Source: Oscillospiraceae bacterium (lineage in GTDB: Bacteria; Bacillota; Clostridia; Oscillospirales; Acutalibacteraceae). From it: 64,000 nucleotides of DNA. Below, piece after piece: positions 48,568 through 58,329 of this stretch (positions are counted from its first letter, which is position 1; each line of letters begins with the position of its first letter). A model generated the notes under the pieces. That model was given only the letters and a program-made list of their open reading frames with translations. It did not search any database and had not been told where the DNA came from. The position numbers were made by a program, and so were the translations under genes. Location: positions 43,562-107,561 of the forward strand of contig JAQXVY010000017.1 in assembly GCA_029225165.1 (NCBI GenBank), read 5' to 3'.

Positions 48568-50088
48568 ATGGTAGTTACTGAGATACAGCCGACAAAAAAG
48601 AATGATGAAAAAATCAGGTTGGCAGCTTACTGCAGAGTATCAAGTGATTCTTCGGATCAGATGAATTCGTTTGCGGCTCAGATAAAATATTATAGCGATT
48701 ATTCAAAGGTACATACCGAATATGAGTTGGTTGATATATATGCTGATGAAGGCATATCGGGAACATCACTTAAAAAGCGTGACGAATTCAAACGGCTCAT
48801 AAAGGACTGCGAAAACCGTAAGATTGATTGCATTATTACAAAATCAATTTCAAGGTTTGCACGAAATACAAGTGATTTGCTGACCGTACTGAGAATGCTT
48901 AAAACATTAGGCGTTCGTGTGTATTTTGAAGAACAGGCGCTTGATTCAGAAAAAATGAATGCCGAACTATTTGTAACGCTTCCCGGTCTTGCGGCACAGC
49001 AGGAATCAATCAATATTTCCGATAATATGCGGTGGAGTTACCGCAAACGAATGGAATCAGGAGATTTTAACACTACATATCCTGCATTTGGTTATCGGAT
49101 ATCAGACAACGAGCTTATAGTCAATGAAGATGAAGCAAAAACAGTAAGAACAATATTTGCACTGTACTTGCAGGGTATGGGAAAACAAGCCATAGCAAAT
49201 ACACTCAATGAAAATAATATACCGTCCCGAAAAGGAAAATGGCATTGCTTTTCGGTGGACTATATTCTTAATAACGAGAGATATATGGGAGACGCATTAC
49301 TGCAAAAAACATATACCACAGAATCGTTCCCCTTTGTGAGAAAGAAAAACAAAGGCGAATGTGCAAAATACTACATTGAGAACAGTAATGCCGCAATTAT
49401 ATCAAAGGAAACCTTTAACGCCGCAAAAGAATTGCAGAGAAGAAAAAGCGTACAGCATTCAAATGTTTCATATCCATTGAGCAAGGTCATAAAGTGTTGC
49501 GAATGCGGTCACAATTACAGACGAATAGTAATCAATAACAAAGTGTATTGGGGCTGTTCCTATAAAGCATCGCTGAAAACAGATTGTACAACACAAACAC
49601 TGCTTGAAAGTGATATATACAGTGCATATCTTACAATGATGAGCAAACTCAAAAGATACAAATCGGAAATACTCGACAATATGATTAATCAGCTTGAATA
49701 CATAGAGGAAACAACAAATCCCAATCAGGAATCAATATCGGCTATAGATAAACAGATAGCAGATTTAAGTACGCAGAATCTTATGATAGCAAGGCTTCGC
49801 ACAAAATCCATATTAAGTGAAAGTGAGTTTTCAAAGCAAGCGCTTGAAATAAACTCAAAAATATCAAAGCTGCGCAGTAAACGAAAGCTTCTGTTAAGTG
49901 ATGATTCAGCAGAGGAAATAATAAGCAATCTGAAACATCTCAGTGAAATAATAGATAACTTTGATTACCGTGACGGTTTCAATGAAGAAATGTTCAACGA
50001 CACGGTAGAGCAGATTAAAGCAGGCTATGACAATAAGCTTGTATTCACACTATCGGGTGGACTTGAATTAACGGAGATTATTAGATGA
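48568..50088 (+). CDS. large serine recombinase 1
   Basis: AYCRVSS, YADEGISGT, KSISRFARN, recombinase domain, CxxC zinc ribbon, coiled coil. Confidence 0.95.
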   Translation: MVVTEIQPTKKNDEKIRLAAYCRVSSDSSDQMNSFAAQIKYYSDYSKVHTEYELVDIYADEGISGTSLKKRDEFKRLIKDCENRKIDCIITKSISRFARNTSDLLTVLRMLKTLGVRVYFEEQALDSEKMNAELFVTLPGLAAQQESINISDNMRWSYRKRMESGDFNTTYPAFGYRISDNELIVNEDEAKTVRTIFALYLQGMGKQAIANTLNENNIPSRKGKWHCFSVDYILNNERYMGDALLQKTYTTESFPFVRKKNKGECAKYYIENSNAAIISKETFNAAKELQRRKSVQHSNVSYPLSKVIKCCECGHNYRRIVINNKVYWGCSYKASLKTDCTTQTLLESDIYSAYLTMMSKLKRYKSEILDNMINQLEYIEETTNPNQESISAIDKQIADLSTQNLMIARLRTKSILSESEFSKQALEINSKISKLRSKRKLLLSDDSAEEIISNLKHLSEIIDNFDYRDGFNEEMFNDTVEQIKAGYDNKLVFTLSGGLELTEIIR

Positions 50089-50101
50089 AAGGATATGAAC
50101 G

Positions 50102-50986
50102 ATGAAAAACAGAAAGGTTAAATACGGATATGCCTATCAAAACGGTGTTATCACGGTAAATCCAACAGAGTCAACAACGGTGAAAAGAATATTTGACTTG
50201 TATATTAACGGCTTGTCATTGATAAAAATTGCACAGCTTCTGATTTCGGAAAATATTGAATATATGGTCGGTGAAATATCGTGGAACAAAGGGAAAATCA
50301 AGCGAATAATTGATGATGATATTTACATAGGAACAGATACTTACCCATCCATAATCAATAAAGATACATTTGAAAAAGCAAACAAAGTAAAATCTGCAAG
50401 GGACACTCAAAAGGGCGTTGACAGGTCGTCTGATATATATAATCTCAATGTTCCGATATTATGTGCCGACTGCGGTTCACCGTTAAAGCGCAATCACGAA
50501 ATGAGATGTGTTCAGGGCACAAGATGGGTTTGCAAAAACAGTGAATGTCATAATATAATACACCTTAACGATGATACGCTGATTGAGGAAACAACAGACT
50601 TGCTCAACCGCATAATTAAAAATCCCGACCTGATAAAGGATAACGATGACTGCGGTATAATCAGCAAGGAAACAGTAAGGCTTGAAAACGAAATAAGGAA
50701 AGCCCTTGAACACGGCGAAATCAACAAAGACAGTATTACGGAGATGATATTCAGAAATGCTTCCCTGAAGTATGCTAATATCAAAAATAAGAATCATATA
50801 ACGGAAAAGCTGAGAGCAGACTTTAACACAAGTCCGCTTTCAGCTTTTTCATTATCGCTGTTCTCTCGAACAATTACCGCAATAACGCTTGACAAGGACT
50901 ATATAGAAATAACGCTTAAAAATAATCAAAAAATCGGAGGTGCAATATGGAGCGAAAAGTGCTGCAACGAAAAGTCAATTACATAG
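50102..50986 (+). CDS. recombinase-domain accessory protein lacking the catalytic resolvase domain
   Basis: YGY...G...E...VKRIF.LY..G.S...IA; CADCG zinc ribbon; no YxRVS motif. Confidence 0.85.
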   Translation: MKNRKVKYGYAYQNGVITVNPTESTTVKRIFDLYINGLSLIKIAQLLISENIEYMVGEISWNKGKIKRIIDDDIYIGTDTYPSIINKDTFEKANKVKSARDTQKGVDRSSDIYNLNVPILCADCGSPLKRNHEMRCVQGTRWVCKNSECHNIIHLNDDTLIEETTDLLNRIIKNPDLIKDNDDCGIISKETVRLENEIRKALEHGEINKDSITEMIFRNASLKYANIKNKNHITEKLRADFNTSPLSAFSLSLFSRTITAITLDKDYIEITLKNNQKIGGAIWSEKCCNEKSIT

Positions 50987-52581
50987 CTCCCACGCTTAAT
51001 ACCGAAACAGAGTCTGAAACTGCTTACAGGCAGATTAGGGTGGCTGCATACTGCCGTGTATCCACCCAAATGGAAGAACAGCTCAACAGCTATGAGGTTC
51101 AGGTAAAGCATTATACCGACAAAATCAACAGTGAGCCGAAATGGTCTTTTGCAGGAATCTATGCAGACAAAGGTATATCGGGAACAAGCGCAAAAAAGCG
51201 TGATGAGTTTATGAAAATGATTCGAGCCTGCAAGCGGCATAAAATTGATATGATTATAACGAAGTCTATATCAAGGTTCTCACGAAATACACTTGACTGC
51301 CTGAAATATATAAGAATTCTGAAAGAGCTTAATGTGGATGTGTTTTTTGAAGAACAGGGACTTCACAGTAAGGATGCAGGCGCAGAGTTCTATATCACAA
51401 TCTACGGCAGTATAGCACAGAGCGAAGCAGAGAATATCAGTGCCAATGTCAGGTGGGGCAAGCAGCAAAGCGCCAAAGAAGGCAAAGTAGCATTCTCCTA
51501 TAACTCATTTCTGGGATACAAAAAGGGCACAGACGGAAAGCCTGAAATAGTTGAAGATGAAGCAAAAATCATCAGAGAGATTTATGATAAATACCTTGAA
51601 GGTGACAGTATCCGCAAAATTGCGGATTATCTGAACGATAATCAGATTAAAACTCCCACAGGCAAGAAAGTATGGTATTACGGGACAGTAAAATCCATAC
51701 TTTCAAATGAAAAGTATAAAGGCGATGCCCTGATAAACAAGACATATGTAATTGACTGTATCTCGAAAAAGGTTAAAAGAAACGACGGAGAAAGAGCTCA
51801 ATACTATGTAGAAAACAATCATCCGGCTATTATCTCCCCTGAAAAATTTAATCGGGTGCAGGAAGAGATGGCGAGAAGAAGCAGTAAGAAAAAGGTTAAA
51901 CAAGTTGGCACAAAAACCGAGCTTGGTAAGTATTCAAGCAAATATGCTTTATCGGAACTCCTAATTTGCGGTGAGTGCCATACTCCCTATCGCCGGTGCA
52001 CATGGACAACAACCGACGGCAAAAAGAAAATTGTATGGCGGTGCATAAACAGGCTTGACTACGGAAAAAAGTATTGCCACCACTCCCCTTCACTTGAAGA
52101 AAGCGTCCTGCAAAGTGCTATTGTACAAGCTGTTCAGAATAACATAGGTAAATGCTCGGAAGTGCTTGGAAAGCTTAAGCAACACATACGAATGGGACTT
52201 TCAGGAGAAGAAACCGAGGACAAAACAATAGATATCCAAATAGAAATCGCAAGGCTTGACAAAGAATATGCCGATATACTTAATCGTATAACCTCCGATA
52301 TGGAGAACGCAGAAGCCTTGGAATCACAGCTTGAGGAAATCTTAATCAGAAAACACAGCCTGCAAAAGGAACTGCAAATATATGAAAACTCAAGCAGTAG
52401 ACAGGCAAATACAAAAACAAGACTTGATGAAATCTTCCAAATTATCGAAGGTCTTAAAAATCACCCTATGGAATTTAACAATGTAATAATCAGACAAATT
52501 ATTGATTGCGTAATTGTTGAATCAAAGGAAAAAATCAAGGTGGTATTTGTCGGCGGATATGAGGTGGAAGTAGGTCTATAA
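50947..52581 (+). CDS. large serine recombinase 2
   Basis: AYCRVST, YADKGISGT, KSISRFSRN, CGECH, WRC. Confidence 0.95.
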   Translation: MERKVLQRKVNYIAPTLNTETESETAYRQIRVAAYCRVSTQMEEQLNSYEVQVKHYTDKINSEPKWSFAGIYADKGISGTSAKKRDEFMKMIRACKRHKIDMIITKSISRFSRNTLDCLKYIRILKELNVDVFFEEQGLHSKDAGAEFYITIYGSIAQSEAENISANVRWGKQQSAKEGKVAFSYNSFLGYKKGTDGKPEIVEDEAKIIREIYDKYLEGDSIRKIADYLNDNQIKTPTGKKVWYYGTVKSILSNEKYKGDALINKTYVIDCISKKVKRNDGERAQYYVENNHPAIISPEKFNRVQEEMARRSSKKKVKQVGTKTELGKYSSKYALSELLICGECHTPYRRCTWTTTDGKKKIVWRCINRLDYGKKYCHHSPSLEESVLQSAIVQAVQNNIGKCSEVLGKLKQHIRMGLSGEETEDKTIDIQIEIARLDKEYADILNRITSDMENAEALESQLEEILIRKHSLQKELQIYENSSSRQANTKTRLDEIFQIIEGLKNHPMEFNNVIIRQIIDCVIVESKEKIKVVFVGGYEVEVGL

Positions 52582-52894
52582 AAATGTGCACACTGCGTAA
52601 TTGATATAATATTATAATTAAGAGACGCATAATTATATATAAGCTACTGAAAAAAAATTTTATTGATTTAAAAACAGGTAAAAAATTAGCCTAAAATCGC
52701 AAAAAATCGTTGATTGATTTTTTGAGTTGTGATACAATATTAACTGTAGATATATTCGTCAGCTTTCTCGTTAAAATTGAGTTAAATAGCGAATATATTT
52801 TTATATTTAGCTAATAATATACATAAACAATTAGCCATGTTTGGTGATAGACACCATTTAATAATCTAAATTTATTATAACAGAGGTCTTAACA

Positions 52895-53047
52895 ATGTCT
52901 AAGGTAGAAAACGCATTTTACATCCCATCAAAGCAAAAACAGATAAGATTAGGATTAAAAAAACTGAAGAATAATAATCGCAAAGTATATCAATGGAATA
53001 AAAATCATGGGAAATTTGAAAAAATAATACGTGATAGCATATTGTAA
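52895..53047 (+). CDS. small basic protein (50 aa), missed by the ORF track
   Basis: AGAGGT RBS; MSKVENAFYIPSKQKQIRLGLKKLKNNNRKVYQWNKNHGKFEKIIRDSIL; ends 27 bp before the next gene. Confidence 0.5.
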   Translation: MSKVENAFYIPSKQKQIRLGLKKLKNNNRKVYQWNKNHGKFEKIIRDSIL

Positions 53048-53074
53048 ATATCATATTTGATTGAGGATGGGAAA

Positions 53075-56000
53075 ATGAGCACATTAGATTCACAACCAGT
53101 TAATGGTTATATTATTAATTTATATCAGTATGCTAGACGTTATACATACAATAACAAAGAGTTAATTAGTAATTTTAACCAAGTAATTTCGGATGATAAT
53201 TTTAAAAAAAATATAAAAAATGACTATCCTTCAATTGGCACGTTTGATGTTGTAGAAATAGTATCGGTTAAGGATTTTAATAGATATCGTGATGTATCTA
53301 TTCAAGGAAAGAAATGGCTAGGTAGAAGACAAAGTGTATTGTTATATGAGCTTAAATATAAAAGTCAGAATTTAAATCTTATAAACAATTATGGCGAGTC
53401 GTCTGAAAAAGAATGGATAAATGATAAAAAGGAAAAGGTTAATAAAACCTTTTTTTGTTTAACTATGCTTTCTTTAACCAATGAAGTATCACAGGGTGTA
53501 GAGAATATTTATCATTTGTTGACACAAATAAAAAGTAAAATACACGAAGTAGTAGATCAAGTTAATTCTGAATTCGATAGGGAAGATAAAATTGAATTCG
53601 AAGTATATGGTACTTTTAATACATCTGAAATTGCTGTTATATGGTTTAGCAACCAGTATACTCAAGTTTTAAAAATTGTCGATTTTATTAAGTATCTAAG
53701 GATCAAAGATAAAAACAATATCGAAAAATCAGTATTTTTTTCTGCATTTTCAGTAATATCAAAAGCAAATGAGAATAATGAAAATTTAGACAACATTAAA
53801 GGCAAAGCATTAATTCAAATTTCTTTGGATGATACATTAAAAAGTAATAAGAATTTAAATGAATTTGCAGATGAATTGGTTGGGAATGAAGATTTTGCTA
53901 AAATCTATTATTCTGTTGGAGAATTTGATCTAATTATAGAAACCTCTTCAAGCTACGCCTTGAAGTTGATAAAAAAAGACGAAAAGTTAAGTGTTGGCAA
54001 AAGAGATTCTAAGTATAAATATAAAGATGAAAAAACAAAATTTTTTAGAACTAATATTTGCCTATTATACGAAAACGAAGATCGGGGAATCCAACGCTTA
54101 GATACTGCACTTAATGACTTAGATTATATTATTGCATATGATAAAACATTTATAGGTGATGACCAATATAAATATGATGGGAAAGAATTATCATTTCGTA
54201 AATTTGATATGAATTCCAAAGACTTAGATCTTCGGAATTATGATGTTAAAGATATATACATTAATAGCGATGAATATTCTATATGTGATTTATATGAATT
54301 GTTAAGAGCAAAATTGAAGAAATACATATATAAAAATGCAGGTGCTGTTGATACATTAGATTTAATTTATTCTGATTATAGAAGTATAATTTCTAATGCG
54401 TATAATTCAATTTGGACTGCTGATTTAAATATGCAATTTAAATCGGTATTTCAGACGTTATTGTCTTTGTTTGAAAAAGAGGATGAAATAGGTGATATTT
54501 GGGGAGATTATTATGATCTGACCAATGTTTTCAAACAACAAATTTATCATTTATCACAGTCAAATAGAATGTTTTTTGATATACCTGCTTGTCATTTTAG
54601 AGCTACTGGTCAATACGATTATTTGATGCATGCCTATTATGGTATATCAAAAAAAATCATAGAGATAATTTATATCACGCAAGGTGATGACCGTCAATCT
54701 GAATTAATTCCATTCATAACTGTAAATACTGTCCCTCAGGTAAAGTCTCAACTTTACCTTGAAAGTGAAGAACCGGATAGAATGAGAGTTATTAATGTTG
54801 ATATTCCTAATTCTATTATTTTTGATTTACCACGTGGAATAAAATATTTAACTCATGAATTGTTTCATTACGCAGTACCAAAAAACAGAGTGGAAAGGAA
54901 TAAATTGGTTGCACTGTATATGATGACAAGCATATTCTATGAGCAAATTAAACATGTTATTTATAATCTTTTAATATCAGAATTAAATTCTTTAGAACAA
55001 AATAAAGATACAGATGATTTTAGAGAATTTATATTAATGTTATTATTTCCTTATGAACTAGAAGAAAATGATTGTAGCGATTCAGTTGATAAAAAATGGG
55101 TAAAGTTAGAACAAACCGAACTGTACAAATTTTTAAGTTCAGAATTATTGAAAGAATTGAAAAATAAGATTATATTGGAGAGATATATAGATAATATTTC
55201 TGATATAAACTTTGCTAAGGTTTTTTCCATATTTTATAATGATTTTAAAAAATATTGTTATAATAAGAAATCGAATGCTATATTTAAAGGTTTATTTAAG
55301 TTTTTTGCAGAGCGTTTAAGGGAAAAGTGCATTGAAACTTTAGAATATTTGAATGGTAGCAATTACGGAGAAATATTAATTAAATTTGTTGGGTTTATTT
55401 TATCTATATGTGACTCATATATTTCGACAAATAGGATCAATATAAGTTTAGACAAATTAAGATTATCCAGTATAGGTATAAATTACGAAAACAGTATTTA
55501 TGCTATTTTGCAGGGTATAAGAGAAGCGTCTGTCGATATTGCTATGATTTCCTTAAACCATATGGGTTTATCTGATTATTTTTATTTTGTTTTTAACAAT
55601 AGATTAGATACAACTCCTCAAAACGCTAATGAATCATTTATTGACTATACAAAAGATATATCTTTAAATGTTAGATTGTGGCTTGTTATTAGGTATGTTA
55701 GTAATATTGATCCAGTTGATGAAGACAGCGTTGTTGAATATCTCGATAATAATTTCAAAAGGATTTATGATACTTATGAAAACAAAAAAGATAAGTTAAT
55801 ATGTTTTTTTAATTACATAATTTATATGTATTTGAACTTGGATGATGAATTAGTGTCTACATTATCTTTGTTTTATGACGATGTATTTACAAGCATACTA
55901 CATGATTTTGACATGGAAATCTGTAGAAAAAAAATAAAAGAGGAAAATAAAAAGCTCCTCTTTGATGCATTGAATGATTTTTCAGATTCAAAGAATAGAG

Positions 56001-57265
56001 ATTCTTTTGATTTAAATCTTCAATTAGCAAATAAATTCCAAAAGCAAAAATCTTTATTAGAATTACACAAATTAAACAAAAAAATAAAAAATAATAAAAA
56101 TCATTTTCAAGATAATTCATTTCATTATAAATTTGATTTAATCGAACCGCCAAAGTCATCCGACAATGGATTACAAAGGCATGGGTATATAAAATATGTA
56201 TATTCACTTAGTCAATTAAATGACCAAATATCATATTGTAAAAATCAGTTTAGAACGGTTGCTAATACAAAAGGAATTGACAGTTCCATTTCTGACTCCA
56301 TATGGTATAGAGGACAACGAAGACAGTCCTATGTTTTATATCCTTCCTTATTTAGGCGCTTTAAATTTGAAACAAAAGAGAAATATAAAACGCTTAGATG
56401 TTTTCAACAGAGTATTTTTGAGGAATTCAAACATAGAGCAGATGGTACTTCTGAAATAGAAGCTGGTTATAGATATACTCAGTCAGATTATATTGCATTA
56501 ATGCAACATTATATAGAAATATCAAATTTTTTGGATTGGACTGGAAATGCTTTTGCTTCGTTGTATTTTGCTTTGGAAAAAGTAATAGAAGCAATAAAGG
56601 AAAACAAAAAAAGTGATTATGTAAACAAAAATGCAACTGCTTTTTCACTATATCTTTTTAATCCAGCTATATACAACAAAATTCGAAAAGATCGTATTAG
56701 TGAAAAGTTTAACGATCCAACCTGTAGTGTTCTGCTAAAAGAAGCTAATTTTTGTTTTAATGATAAAAGCAAGAATTATAATCTTATTCCTAATTTGTCT
56801 ATTAAAGAAAATGCTGAAATGTTTAAAAATTATCTTTTTGGTGAACCTAACTTTGATGATTTTTGTATTGAAAACGAAGAAGAAATACTTAAATTACTAA
56901 ATTCTGATAATTACAAAGATTTCTTTATGCCTCTTGCTGTATACACTTCTCGCTTGAATACACGAATTAAAGCACAAAGTGGTTTTTTCCTAGCCTATAA
57001 TATATACACACCACCATTAACTAAAGAAAAAGGCGAAAAGTATGAGAACCCACAAGATGCCTTCGATTTTGTAACGCTTGAAAATATACAAGAAAGAGTT
57101 TTAGCCTCTAACCCTAAAGATGTTTTCCTGTATAAGATTAATGTCGATAGTATGTGTTGTAAAGAGATTGCAGATTGGTTATTGTGTATGGGGGTTTCTA
57201 AACCAATGATTTACCCTGAATTAGAAAAAATAAAAGAAGAGTTTCAGGGTAAATATGGAAAGTAG
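53075..57265 (+). CDS. very large FRG-domain protein with internal HExxH motif
   Basis: WYRGQ...LYPSLFR...MQHY...FLDWT...LYFA...RIKAQSGFF; LTHELFH; very AT-rich. Confidence 0.85.
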   Translation: MSTLDSQPVNGYIINLYQYARRYTYNNKELISNFNQVISDDNFKKNIKNDYPSIGTFDVVEIVSVKDFNRYRDVSIQGKKWLGRRQSVLLYELKYKSQNLNLINNYGESSEKEWINDKKEKVNKTFFCLTMLSLTNEVSQGVENIYHLLTQIKSKIHEVVDQVNSEFDREDKIEFEVYGTFNTSEIAVIWFSNQYTQVLKIVDFIKYLRIKDKNNIEKSVFFSAFSVISKANENNENLDNIKGKALIQISLDDTLKSNKNLNEFADELVGNEDFAKIYYSVGEFDLIIETSSSYALKLIKKDEKLSVGKRDSKYKYKDEKTKFFRTNICLLYENEDRGIQRLDTALNDLDYIIAYDKTFIGDDQYKYDGKELSFRKFDMNSKDLDLRNYDVKDIYINSDEYSICDLYELLRAKLKKYIYKNAGAVDTLDLIYSDYRSIISNAYNSIWTADLNMQFKSVFQTLLSLFEKEDEIGDIWGDYYDLTNVFKQQIYHLSQSNRMFFDIPACHFRATGQYDYLMHAYYGISKKIIEIIYITQGDDRQSELIPFITVNTVPQVKSQLYLESEEPDRMRVINVDIPNSIIFDLPRGIKYLTHELFHYAVPKNRVERNKLVALYMMTSIFYEQIKHVIYNLLISELNSLEQNKDTDDFREFILMLLFPYELEENDCSDSVDKKWVKLEQTELYKFLSSELLKELKNKIILERYIDNISDINFAKVFSIFYNDFKKYCYNKKSNAIFKGLFKFFAERLREKCIETLEYLNGSNYGEILIKFVGFILSICDSYISTNRINISLDKLRLSSIGINYENSIYAILQGIREASVDIAMISLNHMGLSDYFYFVFNNRLDTTPQNANESFIDYTKDISLNVRLWLVIRYVSNIDPVDEDSVVEYLDNNFKRIYDTYENKKDKLICFFNYIIYMYLNLDDELVSTLSLFYDDVFTSILHDFDMEICRKKIKEENKKLLFDALNDFSDSKNRDSFDLNLQLANKFQKQKSLLELHKLNKKIKNNKNHFQDNSFHYKFDLIEPPKSSDNGLQRHGYIKYVYSLSQLNDQISYCKNQFRTVANTKGIDSSISDSIWYRGQRRQSYVLYPSLFRRFKFETKEKYKTLRCFQQSIFEEFKHRADGTSEIEAGYRYTQSDYIALMQHYIEISNFLDWTGNAFASLYFALEKVIEAIKENKKSDYVNKNATAFSLYLFNPAIYNKIRKDRISEKFNDPTCSVLLKEANFCFNDKSKNYNLIPNLSIKENAEMFKNYLFGEPNFDDFCIENEEEILKLLNSDNYKDFFMPLAVYTSRLNTRIKAQSGFFLAYNIYTPPLTKEKGEKYENPQDAFDFVTLENIQERVLASNPKDVFLYKINVDSMCCKEIADWLLCMGVSKPMIYPELEKIKEEFQGKYGK

Positions 57266-57309
57266 TATATTTTTTCTATGGTTCGAAACTACCATAAAAA
57301 TCGCCAAAA

Positions 57310-57328
57310 ACATCTTTTTTGCACAACC
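57310..57328 (-). repeat. right terminal inverted repeat (attR arm)
   Basis: ACATCTTTTTTGCACAACC is the reverse complement of 7420-7438. Confidence 0.88.
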
Positions 57329-57335
57329 TTGACAA

Positions 57336-57369
57336 GAAAAAGACGATTGTTAATACAATCGTCTTTTTC
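57336..57369. terminator. bidirectional intrinsic terminator just outside the ICE right end
   Basis: gaaaaagacgattg-ttaata-caatcgtctttttc. Confidence 0.8.
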
Positions 57370-57453
57370 AGTTATATTCGACTTACGGCGAGTTATATTG
57401 CTTTGCAGTGATATTCGGCCTTGCCAAGTGATATTGCCTTCGGGCAGTTTATT
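57370..57453 (+). repeat. micro-array of AGT(T/G)ATATT units separated by mini-hairpins
   Basis: Units at 57370, 57391, 57407, 57427 and a degenerate one at 57446. Confidence 0.7.
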
Positions 57454-57473
57454 CTTCATTTTATCTGTACATT

Positions 57474-58010
57474 TCACTTAAGCACAGGCATACCGCATTC
57501 ACGGCAGAACTTATCGCCCTTTATCAATTTTTCACCGCATTTGGTGCAGAAGTTCTGCACTTTATGTTCCTTTGGTTCTGATTCATCTACTATGATAAAT
57601 TCATAGGTAATTGGGAGAAATGCATCGTAAAGTTGCTCTTTTGCGTAAACGGAGAATTCCTCGCCGTATTTTACCGTTACGAGATGTTCATTCTCTATTG
57701 TCACCAGTGTGTCTGTACCTTCGTAGTTTGTTTCCTGATGCAGTATGGCAACTACTGCTGAATCTTCCCTTAGTTCTTTTATTCGTAAAAGTCTTTCCGA
57801 TTTTTCGAGGGGAGTATTTGGAACTTTCTTTCGGGTGATTGGTTTTGTAAAATTCATTGCGGCAGGCAGCACTTTAAATCGGAAGCCTTTATCAAGAATT
57901 ATATCTCCTTCCCTGATAACAAATTCAAGACCGTCATTTTCCTTGTTTTCGGGACGGATATGTACCTCTTTCATAATATATGTTGGTTTCATAACTCCTC
58001 CATTTGTCAA
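57474..58010 (-). CDS. hypothetical protein with C-terminal double zinc ribbon
   Basis: FCTKCG......DKFCRECG. Confidence 0.75.
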   Translation of the reverse strand: MTNGGVMKPTYIMKEVHIRPENKENDGLEFVIREGDIILDKGFRFKVLPAAMNFTKPITRKKVPNTPLEKSERLLRIKELREDSAVVAILHQETNYEGTDTLVTIENEHLVTVKYGEEFSVYAKEQLYDAFLPITYEFIIVDESEPKEHKVQNFCTKCGEKLIKGDKFCRECGMPVLK

Positions 58011-58329
58011 TCGTAATCCAGTTTATATAATTGATTATATCATATCAACAAATTGTAGAAAAGGGGCTGTCGCAAATGAGTAAAATTTTCCATATACAAG
58101 TTTAAACAATGTCGGTACGCAGTAATATTCATTACGCTTATGGGGCAGTTTCAAAAATCATTCCGTTAGTGCCAAAAGACTTGAAACCCTCATCATTTTC
58201 TATAAATATAAAAAACCCCTCCTGTCAGATACATTGTACCTAATAGGAGGGCTTTTTGCATATGTGTCAAATCGCTTTATTTGATTTTACCTTGCAGAAT
58301 GCTTTTTTGCCGTAAACACCCTGCATTAC

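Larger units (their letters stand above)
7420..57328 (+). mobile_element. Integrative conjugative element (~49.9 kb) with triple serine recombinase module, inserted just 3' of tRNA-Tyr
   Basis: VirB4, VirD4, relaxase, T4SS genes and recombinases; perfect 19-bp inverted repeat at 7420-7438 and 57310-57328. Confidence 0.9.

Noticed and set aside
57279-57297. GGTTCGAACTACCATAA as a tRNA-Tyr 3' direct repeat (classical attR)
   Set aside because: Only short discontinuous similarity to the tRNA end; the 19-bp perfect IR explains the boundary better
57370-57453. Possible CRISPR mini-array
   Set aside because: Repeats of 9 bp and spacers of 7-12 bp are far too short; no cas genes
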